A DNA stretch of 63,794 nucleotides, the filler included, from Octopus bimaculoides (Eukaryota), in NCBI RefSeq assembly GCF_001194135.2. It is 5 parts of 5 records of this genome, joined end to end, with 100 filler letters (N's around TTAATTAATTAA, not from the genome) between each part and the next. Parts side by side here need not be neighbours in the genome. Positions count along the whole stretch, not along the records: positions 1 to 14,704 come from NC_068988.1; 4 more parts are not named here. One strand, 5' to 3'. Below, one piece after another: positions 1 through 9,589 of the stretch. The number at the start of each line of letters is the position of its first letter. Within the stretch, counting starts at the first letter, position 1. A program made the position numbers and the translations under genes. The notes below the pieces were generated by a model. The model worked only from the letters and a program-made list of their open reading frames with translations. It ran no database searches and had not been told where the DNA came from.

Positions 1-34
<34 letters not shown>

Positions 35-249
35 CAAATATTGATCATAGAACAAATATCAAATTGGAGTCAACGACTTCATATAAACACCATACCTCAA
101 ACATTTGGTCATATATAAATATCACCATGGTTCTTAAACATATAAAAATATACATATACATAAGAACATAGAAGGTAAAAATATATATGCGAATAAAATG
201 CAAATATATAGAATGGCCTATCAGAAAGGTAAATATAAACGACTGGATG

Positions 250-650
250 TGTGGATGTGTGGCAAGAGGCTTGCTTCCCAAATACATGGTTCCGGGTTTA
301 GTTTCATTGTGTGCCACCTTGGGCAGATGCATTTTACTATAGCCTTGGGCCTATCAAAGCTTTGTTAGTGTATTTGGTTGACGGAAACTAAAAGAATCTT
401 GTATATGTATATATGTATATGTGTGTGACTTTGTGTCTGTTCGTCCCCTCAGTATCGTTTGACAACCGATGACGATGTCTTTACGTCTACGTAATCTAGT
501 GGTTCGTCTAATGAGACCGACAGAATAAGTACTAGGCTTACGGAGAATAAACCCTGGGGTCGATTTCTCCGACTGAAATCCGTTTAAGGTGGTGCTCAAG
601 CATGGCTGCAGTAAAATGACTGAATCAAGTAAAAGAAACGAGTAAAAGAA
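250..650 (+). mobile_element. tRNA-derived SINE, family A (internal TA/TG microsatellite), near full length
   Basis: A-box-like GTGGATGTGTGGC and B-box-like GGTTTAGTTTC head; body matches copies at 3293-3571 and 46450-46973; internal TA/TG tract about 403-425; tail GACTGAATCAAGTAAAAG. Confidence 0.85.
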
Positions 651-927
651 TATATATATATATATATATACATCAAGTGTAGACAAGAAAGGGAGAAAAA
701 GAAAACAAAAAATATTACTACAAAATAAATGGAAGAGGGATGTTGATAGCAAGAGGCTGTTAGATGAAAATTAGATTACATAAAGTTTAAAGCGAGAAAT
801 GTGTACTAGAAAGAAGAAAGGAAGAATATAGACAGGAGAAATTGTGTGGGAGGGCTTTATAGATATGATGTGACCTATTCAGTAATGATATTAAAAGTCT
901 GTCATCACAATAATTTTAAGGTTATAG

Positions 928-1900
928 GTCAACCAGGTGCTTTGTTACATACATTTATATCTAGAGTATGTTGTCTCAGTTTACATTGTATACGTTGTAT
1001 TATTCTCATTCAGATCTTCTTCCGAGGTATAGGTTATAGATTTGTTGCAAATGAAGTTGTCACTCAGTGGAGTTGGGGCGGTGAATTCAAAAGGTCGAAG
1101 CATATGTTTTTAGTGTTTAGTTTATATTGTTTAGGTTTTTGTTTCTCTCGTATTGTGCGAAAGTGTGCTTAATTGTATGCAAGCATCTGGGTAGTCTCTC
1201 TGAGAATATATTTATAATCCTATATTTCGTCAACAATATAGACAGCAATTCATCGAAACATAACTGACATTTCCGGGGTAGGGTATTATAGAGACTCTCG
1301 TGTCTAATTATTGATAAGGGCAGGTCGAGTTTGACCTTCACTTTAATGAGTCACCTGATGAAATCAGCCAGTGATGTTGCGTGCCGTTTATGGATCCTTC
1401 GAATGCTGGAGGTGTGATTTCGATATCTATATTTGAAAATATCGACCGATCATCCGCTATACACATACGGGAATCCCCTAGTATTTACAGTGCATGTGTA
1501 TACTACATTACGGCTCTTACATTAGTTACCCAGAGGACATTTATATTGGTCTTTGCATTAGCATTGGTTGCCACTTATTTTATTAGCATGTTTACAGCCG
1601 GTGCTATGTTCATTTGTGCTAGTTGTTAACCTATTATCATATCTATTATTTCTGAGTGTGTTTGTGCTGTTGTTTGAGTAGCTGACTATCACGTGTTAGA
1701 AGGTTGCTATAGTTCTCGTTGAGGATATGGTTTATAGGTAGGTTAGTGTTGTTCAAGTCATTGTGACTGGTATAGTTATTACTTCTGGGAGTTTTTGTGT
1801 TGTTGTTAGAGTTCTAGTGACTATCGCAGGATAACTCGAAACGATCGGTATACAAAATAAAGATTTCTACTAATTCCATCTTCTTTTTACTCAATCCAAT
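928..1900 (-). mobile_element. Penelope-like retroelement remnant: GIY-YIG endonuclease C-terminus plus 3' UTR
   Basis: Minus strand about 1570-1117 reads C*CKDQYKCPLGN*CKSRNVVYTCTV...YVYSG*...FKYRYRNHTSS...ATSLADFI...RKCQLCFDELLSIL...INIFSERLPRCLH. This gives the VVY/YxG, R...H and CxLC...N...CxH motifs of EN+ PLEs, with several stops. Confidence 0.85.
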
Positions 1901-2588
1901 ATTATCTCAGATAACTGCGAAATTACTGACGTAGCTCCAGAGGAAATATAACTACAGATGACACCAGGTAGTCCAAAATATTACATACATACATATATAC
2001 ATACATGCAATCATACAGACATGTGTGTATGTGTGTGGGGGGTAGGAAAAAATTGGGAGTACTTTCCAAGGTTTGGCTTCCTCGACCTCATGAGAGGGAT
2101 GGTCAATGGTTTGATGATAGCGACTAAACCGAAAGCTAGTAATCACTGTCAACATGTTACGTGTAAAAGAAAATTAATCATCTACTATAAAGTACTTTAA
2201 TGTTCAATTATTCCTATATATACTACATGCATATAAAAGCAATATACACACATATATCTGTTTTTATGCGTCTATATGTGTCCACGTGAGTGGTCAACGT
2301 TATATATAAAAATATATTTTAATCCCCTGAGATCGCAGATATTGTTTCTGAATCTCTTTGATTCTTTAAATGTGCTAGTTTCCTGGTAATAAATCGATAT
2401 TAATTAATATATGATTGTTTACCCTATGTTTTTTATTGAATTAACCATTACCAAGTTCTCAAACTGGATATATGCGACGCAGTAAATATTTTTTTTCTGC
2501 AGACATATTCCCGGAACAATTTAGGTCTTAGTAGACACAAGATGTGATCTATTTCTAGCACATTAAGTGTCCACCTGAGTGGTCAACG

Positions 2589-2628
<40 letters not shown>

Positions 2629-3140
2629 NNNNNNNNNNNNNNNNNNNNNNNNNNNNNNNNNNNNNNNNNNNNNNNNNNNNNNNNNNNNNNNNNNNNNNNN
2701 NNNNNNNNNNNNNNNNNNNNNNNNNNNNNNNNNNNNNNNNNNNNNNNNNNNNNNNNNNNNNNNNNNNNNNNNNNNNNNNNNNNNNNNNNNNNNNNNNNNN
2801 NNNNNNNNNNNNNNNNNNNNNNNNNNNNNNNNNNNNNNNNNNNNNNNNNNNNNNNNNNNNNNNNNNNNNNNNNNNNNNNNNNNNNNNNNNNNNNNNNNNN
2901 NNNNNNNNNNNNNNNNNNNNNNNNNNNNNNNNNNNNNNNNNNNNNNNNNNNNNNNNNNNNNNNNNNNNNNNNNNNNNNNNNNNNNNNNNNNNNNNNNNNN
3001 NNNNNNNNNNNNNNNNNNNNNNNNNNNNNNNNNNNNNNNNNNNNNNNNNNNNNNNNNNNNNNNNNNNNNNNNNNNNNNNNNNNNNNNNNNNNNNNNNNNN
3101 NNNNNNNNNNNNNNNNNNNNNNNNNNNNNNNNNNNNNNNN

Positions 3141-3203
<63 letters not shown>

Positions 3204-3292
3204 ATATAGAGATTTGAGAGGAGGAAATCGGGTGTACCTTCGAAGTTTCGGTTTGCTCGACAACAAGAGACGAGACTATCATCAGTCTCATG

Positions 3293-3571
3293 ACAGTGTG
3301 GTTGTGTGGAATGAAACTTGCGTCCGAGCCAAATGGTTCCAGGTCCAGTCCCACTGCGTGGCACCTTGGACAGATGACTTTTCCTATAGCTGCAGCCAAC
3401 CAAAGCCTTGTGAATGGAATTGGTTGACGAAAACTGAAAGAAGCCTGTCGGACATATATGTGTATGTGTCTGTGTTTGCCCCCACCGTCATCGCTTCACA
3501 ACCGATGTTGGTGTGTTTACGTCCCCCCTAAATTAGCGATTCGGCAAAAGTACTCGAAAGAATAATTACTG
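3293..3571 (+). mobile_element. SINE family A, 3'-truncated
   Basis: Head GTGGTTGTGTGG...GGTCCAGTCCCACTGCGTGGCACCTTGG; same body as 250-650. Confidence 0.85.
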
Positions 3572-3950
3572 GCCAGGTGCTTTGTTATATACATTTATAT
3601 CTAGAGTATGTTGTCTCAGTTTACATTGTATACGTTGTATTATTCTCATTCGGTTCTTCCGACGTATAGATTTCAGGTTTGCTGCGAATTAAGTTGTCTC
3701 CCAGTGGAGTTGGGGCGGTGGATTCAAAAGGTCGGAGTGCATGTTTTTAGTGTTTAGTTTGCATTGGTTAGATTTGTGTTTCTATCATTTTTGTTTCTAT
3801 CATGTGAAAGTGTGCTTAATTGCATGGATGCATCTGGGTAGCCTCTCTGAGAATATATTTATGTTCCTAATTGTCGTCAACAATACAGACAGCGATTCCT
3901 CGGAATTTAACTGGCATTTTGGGAATAGGGTGTTATGGAGACGCGCTTTT
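3572..3950 (-). repeat. Second copy of the Penelope-like 3' end seen at 932-1330
   Basis: CCAGGTGCTTTGTTA(C/T)ATACATTTATATCTAGAGTATGTTGTCTCAGTTTACATTGTATACG... aligns directly with 932-1330. Confidence 0.85.
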
Positions 3951-5519
3951 TTCTAATCAGACTTCAATCATACGCTTTATCTTACCTTCAAAATGTTTCA
4001 TTGCATAACACTTTGCTTCTACCATATTGTGCCTACATTATTGTATCAACATTAATTTCTCATATTTATAGAGGAGATTTTTATCATCACTTTAAACAAA
4101 ATTATTGCATTACTAAGCAAACCGAGAGCCATTTCTTTTTAGTCATTCGACCTACAAAAAATATCAGTAAGCTCCTTCGAATAATTTCATTTTTATCAAA
4201 TCTAGTTTATTGGAGATTGTAGTCTTAGATATAAGAAAATGGTGAACATCCACTACTGAGATACCTTACCATCTTGGATTACAAGGAGATAAACAACAAC
4301 TGACACTTCATTGACCTTGCATAGTTGAAAAGCAAATTTAAATCTAGTGGGTGCTAATCTACATGTATGATCAATAACCTAAAAGCCTAATGTGTTTCTC
4401 GACTCTACAAATTTCTAACTATAGGAGGCAGTATATGTATCTAAAAAATATGTGTACCTTCAATTTGTGCCCGTAGAATACTTGTGCTATTTAATTGTTG
4501 CTGCTGTTGTTAGTTTGATTTTAATGTGCGTTTTCTGTTTAAGAAGCGATTTAGGTCGTATTTTCTGTCATTTGTGGAAGGTTTCGCTTACTATAATTTC
4601 TGATTCACAGTGTCACTGTCTCCTATTTTGGCCTTTTCCACTTCTACTATCATTTCCTCGCTCACTGTAGTTTACTGGTCTCGGGTCACCTCCACTCAAC
4701 CATACAAGATTCAATAAAACCCTCTCTTCTTTCTATCCATATCTTCTTTATAAACCATTCATCAATACGCCATATTATTCCCTCCAACAATTACTGCTCT
4801 CTGGGACTGCTTATCAGCACGTCTATTTTTCATAACCGTCAGGATCGAACGCTAATCAACTTGGCATTGGACGAGTTTTTGTACAGAATATTGAGATAGT
4901 AGGACAAAATTTATACATAACTGTTCATATTAAATATGTACATGACAATGGTACATTCATGTTAAATCTTTAAACTATTACAAATTTTCGCGAAAAGTGC
5001 CTCATGAAATATATGTATATTCCGAAGGCAATTATACTGTCAAAGTTTAAAACTTAGCAGATTCATAGTTTGAGATTTAAGGATTTCGTCCATAGGCTAA
5101 CCAAGCATCTCTCTCAGAATATGTACCATACAGCTTAAAGATATGTTTTTTTTTTATTTTTACTCGACATTTTTGCTCAACTGAACACGCTTTGCCTTAA
5201 ATGATAACACACAAATAATGTCATTGCTGGTTTCCAAATGTCCAATATGTTACAGGATGCTTTTTGTTCATTTCTATAACCAACAAATTTTCAAGGAATG
5301 ATTACAATACATGATATCCAGTGCCTGAAAAATAAGATTAAAACTGAATTCGGGGTCGTCTCGGCAAGAAAGGCTTTGAGTATATTTTGTGATATTAACC
5401 TTGTTTAATGACTATAAAAGAAGCGTGTATATTTTATGCAAAACAAAATTGAACCGACAAGCATGTTTTTACATGCTAATGGAATTTATTAATCGATATC
5501 GATTTTAAAATAAATTATG

Positions 5520-5936
5520 TCACATCTGCCAACATAGCACCCAACTCCTTTGTAGATACACACGTCCAGAGTAGCAGAAGTGTGTATGTTTAGAAAATTA
5601 AAGGTACACAGCAAGCAAATGTGTGTGGAATGTTGTTATTCCCCCCACCCCACCCCGGATACTATCCATCAACAAGTGTTATATATAGTTTCCCTGAGAA
5701 TTGGTGCTGTGCCACAGTATAAATGCGTCGTTCACGCAATCGGTGCGCCGTTACAACAATCGCTAACTGATGCAGCTATCGTTACAGCACTGCAACAGCC
5801 GTTCGTTGCGGTTGTAATTGGAAGTAATGTTCAAGCAAAGCATAATTTTGCATGCCTGTCAAACCCAACATTTCTACAGCACGCTGGGCATTTAAAGCCA
5901 TTTTTCGATGAAAGCTCTGAATTGCAACAACTATTA
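5520..5936 (-). pseudogene. Decayed exon of a di-cysteine-repeat (galaxin/usherin-like) protein
   Basis: Perfect branch point TACTAAC (5959-5953) and TTTTCAG acceptor (AG 5938-5937). Reads NSCCNSELSSKNGFKCPACCRNVGFDRHAKLCFA*TLLPITTATNGCCSAVTIAASVSDCCNGAPIA*TTHLYCGTAPILRETIYNTC*, then after frameshifts ACCVP and KHTHFCYSGRVYLQRSWVLCW. CC-x11-CC spacing recurs. Confidence 0.65.
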
Positions 5937-6199
5937 CTGAAAATGTTATACGGTTAGTAATTAAAAATATCTAAATGCAAAAATAAAAGAATAGAAAAGA
6001 ATACTGATTTTGGTTAGATTTAAGAATAAGAAAGGGATACTGATAATGGTAGGAGTCATTCATGCATTCTTGCTCAAACGCACATTCACACATATTCACA
6101 CATACACACGTTTACACAAGCACATTCACACCCATATGTATATTATATGCACGTATGTGTGTGTATATATATATATATATATGTGTGTATGTGTGTGTG

Positions 6200-6208
6200 C
6201 GGGTATTC

Positions 6209-6251
<43 letters not shown>

Positions 6252-6929
6252 CGCGTGTGTGCGTGTGTGTGCGTGTGAATCGTACAAAGACAACGATTAC
6301 GATGTTGTTACATAACTTTCTTCAAACACACATTCGTTCCGAGGAACTATACATCACTATATACTGTTTTGAACATATAAGTATACGTAATATCATGTAA
6401 GTAAACAATCGATGGAGGAAACAGATTGCCTTATTCTAGACTGACGAGTATATTAGAAGGTAAAATATTTAGTTAATTAGTTAATAATTGTATGGATGTA
6501 AATAAATTTACTTGTACAAGTCAATGTGCATATGGACGAAATAATTTCTCACGTCTTTCGAAATGATCGCAAAATTGAATAAAGTTATATAACATCACTA
6601 TTTGCCGTCTGATTTTTGTTATAGACTATGATAACTGCACCAGCCAGTAGACTGGTGACGTCCTCAGATTTATAGCTTGTATAGAATGCCTAGTAGATTA
6701 AATTTATACGGATTCTCATTTTTCTGACTTGACATTCTGTCAGCTATGTCTTTGCATGGATTACTGGGGTATAACATATTTCCTGGAAAATATACGTATA
6801 TTTATATGTTCAAAACAGCATATAGTGATGTATAGTTCCTCGGAACAAATGTGTGCTTGAAGAAAGTTATGTAACAACATCGTCATCGTTGTCTTTATAC
6901 GACTCACACACACGCACACGCGCACACAT

Positions 6930-6964
<35 letters not shown>

Positions 6965-6965
6965 T
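6200..6965. repeat. Foldback (inverted repeat) with about 190-bp arms including (TG)n/(CA)n
   Basis: 6278-6390 (AAAGACAACGATTACGATGTTGTTACATAACTTTCTTCAA...GAGGAACTATACATCACTATA) is the near-exact reverse complement of about 6785-6905. Confidence 0.85.
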
Positions 6966-7029
6966 GATTAATCGCTGACAAAAACATTCAATTTTTTTCT
7001 CCGTGTTTTTCTCCTTGTTTTCTCTGTAT

Positions 7030-7067
7030 TCTTTCTGTTGAAGAGCGTAGCTCGAAACGTTAAAGAC
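7030..7067 (+). ncRNA. Minimal hammerhead-ribozyme-like cassette with non-canonical core
   Basis: TCTTT-CTGTTGA-A-GAGC-GTA-GCTC-GAAAC-GTT^AAAGA: helix I TCTTT/AAAGA, helix II GAGC/GCTC, palindromic ACGT helix III. Core is CUGUUGA instead of CUGANGA. Part of a repeat (about 7000-7155) with a second copy at 36290-36420. Confidence 0.5.
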
Positions 7068-7869
7068 TTTCTGTATTCCCGAGCGTTAAACTAATACATC
7101 CTTTTGTTGTCTACATCACTTGTCCTCGTCTGTTGTTTTTTTCGTAAATTCTCCCATGTATGTATGTATGTATGTATTATGTATGTATGTATGTATATAT
7201 CTATGTATATGTATGTATGTATGTATGTATGTATGCATGTATGTATGTATGTATGTATGTATGTATGTATGTATGTATGTATGTATGTATGTGAGTATGC
7301 ATGTATAAATATTAATGGCTGTTTCTGTTATAATAAGCAGTTTAACATTAAACAATTTCATTTATATTGTAGTATTAATCCATACATTTATTTGACAGAA
7401 TACAAATTTATTACGTTTTCACAAGAATAGCATTGATAGTATCTGAAAGTTCCGGCTTGCTACCCCGTTACAGGTCTGCGGAACATTTGTGTTCATCTTG
7501 GATTTATCTAGTGTAAGCTGAGTTCTGGTGAATGATAAATTAGGTTCTATGGTAGGTTGTGATGGCAAAATTTTGTGGAGAATTTTAGTTCATTAAATCT
7601 GGATTGTGTTCTTGTTTAGAATTTATTTATGCTTACGGAACTTTGTAGACATATGTGTATATCTAGGTGTGTCATCTTCAAGAGTGCTATGTATTGGAGA
7701 ATTATACATCTTTTCTATCATATGAAATTCCAAAACTCGTTTTTTTTTTTGTATATATGTTTTAGAAACCTTAGATATCATAGTTCTGCCCATCGAATAC
7801 ATTTTTATTAAAAATCAATAAAAGTACAAACTCCATTCACAAGAAGGCTTTTATCTTTAATACTTTCAG

Positions 7870-7992
7870 TTCGCTTCATCGACCCGTATGTGGAATATAT
7901 GGAAAGAAGTTGTACAAGAGTGTCAGTCTTTGGCAGAGATTGTTCAACACTTGATTTAATGAAAATCGATTCGGTGCACAGACCCATCGCAT
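7870..7992 (-). pseudogene. Further decayed exon of the galaxin-like gene
   Basis: Acceptor TTTCTTTTGTATAAGTGTCTTAG; reads a|CDGSVHRIDFH*IKC*; downstream FDGQNYD remnant. 3' boundary not resolved. Confidence 0.4.
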
Positions 7993-8430
7993 CTAAGACA
8001 CTTATACAAAAGAAATGCATGTTGGAATTTTATATACAGGAACATTTANNNNNNNNNNNNNNNNNNNNNNNNNNNNNNNNNNNNNNNNNNNNNNNNNNNN
8101 NNNNNNNNNNNNNNNNNNNNNNNNNNNNNNNNNNNNNNNNNNNNNNNNNNNNNNNNNNNNNNNNNNNNNNNNNNNNNNNNNNNNNNNNNNNNNNNNNNNN
8201 NNNNNNNNNNNNNNNNNNNNNNNNNNNNNNNNNNNNNNNNNNNNNNNNNNNNNNNNNNNNNNNNNNNNNNNNNNNNNNNNNNNNNNNNNNNNNNNNNNNN
8301 NNNNNNNNNNNNNNNNNNNNNNNNNNNNNNNNNNNNNNNNNNNNNNNNNNNNNNNNNNNNNNNNNNNNNNNNNNNNNNNNNNNNNNNNNNNNNNNNNNNN
8401 NNNNNNNNNNNNNNNNNNNNNNNNNNNNNN

Positions 8431-8575
8431 CGTGACTTAGTGGTTAGGGTGTCAGCATCATGATCGAAAGATTGTGGTTTCGATTCCTGGACCGGGCGAC
8501 GCGCTGTGTTCTTGAGCAAAACACTTCATTTCACGTTGCTCCAGTCCACTGTGGCAAAAATGAGTAACGCTGCGG
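8431..8575 (+). mobile_element. tRNA-derived SINE, family C (CORE-like central segment)
   Basis: GTGACTTAGTGGTTAG...GGTTTCGATTCC head; GTGTTCTTGAGCAAAACACTTCATTTCACGTTGCTCCAGTCCAC body; related copies at 38190-38345 (-) and 42078-42190. Confidence 0.8.
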
Positions 8576-8578
8576 CAA

Positions 8579-8815
8579 GGCGGCGAGCTGGCAGAAACGT
8601 TAGCGCGCCGGGCGAAATGCTTAGAGGTATTTCGTCTGCCGTTACGTTCTGAGTTCAAATTCCGCCGAGGTCGACTTTGCCTTTCATCCTTTCGGAGTCG
8701 ATAAATTAAGTACCAGCTAGGCACTGGGGTCGATGTTATCGGCTTAATCCCTTTGTCTGTCCTTGTTTTTCCCCCTCTATGTTTAGCCCTTTGTGGGCCA
8801 TAAAGAAATAAGAAA
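8579..8815 (+). mobile_element. tRNA-derived SINE, family B, full length with long tail
   Basis: GGCGAGCTGGCAGAAACGTTAG...GAGTTCAAATTCCGCCGAGGTCGAC...GGGGTCGATG...CCCCTCTATGTTTAGCCC...ATAAAGAAATAAG; many copies in the window. Confidence 0.9.
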
Positions 8816-9199
8816 GATGGCCTTTCTTTCTGTTTTCCTGCCTTTTGATTGAGATGATAAATATTAATATTTTGTTTTAAATACAACTGTACTTTTCCAC
8901 TTTAATAAAACAAATATCAAGCAAACATGATCAAAAAAATATCTCATATAAATATAAGGCGAATTTCTATCTATCCGTCAACGACAATCTGAAAAATGTA
9001 AAAATGGTCGTGGGAAGAAAAAGCGAGTAAGAAAAATGGACGGACGCTGGTAGCTGCTATGACTCTTTGAAGTATACCGCCGCAAGTCGGCATTTTCAAC
9101 TTGATTCTTTTTTCTTAAATGGGGAAATGACTATTTCATTTGTAATCTTTGTCATCGTAATCAAAGAGCAGGAAACAGACAAACTTTTAGTTTTAGTAT

Positions 9200-9408
9200 A
9201 AGATAGATAGATAGATAGATAGATAGATACATACATACATACATACATACATACGTACGTACGTACGTACGTACGTACGTATGTACGTACATACATACAT
9301 ACATACATACGTACATACGTACATACATACACACATACATACGTACGTACGTACGTACATACATACATACATACATACATACATACATACATACATACAT
9401 ACATACAT
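9200..9408. repeat. Compound tetranucleotide microsatellite (GATA/CATA/CGTA)
   Basis: Directly visible; abuts the presumed LINE 3' end. Confidence 0.95.
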
Positions 9409-9527
9409 AAGTTTCTTTATTAGTAACACAGGGCCGAACAGAGAGGGGACAAAATACAATATAGCGCTTTTCTTTTCAAAAATAAAAAAAAGAAAGGAGA
9501 AAAATAAAATTCTGACCAAAAGGGATC

Positions 9528-9589
<62 letters not shown>

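Noticed and set aside
1340-1570. In-frame TGA codons in the Penelope-like endonuclease read as selenocysteine (as in Naiad PLEs), one at a position where the other PLE has Cys
   Set aside because: TAA stops occur in the same frame, the endonuclease is C-terminal rather than Naiad-type N-terminal, and no SECIS was recognised; ordinary decay.
4270-4860. Additional downstream galaxin-like exons (SCCLSPC, AFDPDGY...TC*, GGNNMAY)
   Set aside because: Fragments fall in different frames with many stops and could not be tied to consistent splice sites; left uncalled.
5660-5840. Rescue of the galaxin-like exon by A-to-I editing (TGA to TGG, TAC to TGC) or Sec readthrough, since the first three stops are all TGA
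   Set aside because: Frameshifts follow and changes such as TGT to TTT cannot be repaired by ADAR; pseudogenisation is simpler.
5580-5957. 125-aa plus-strand ORF
   Set aside because: No recognisable product; best explained as the antisense shadow of the Cys-repeat exon.
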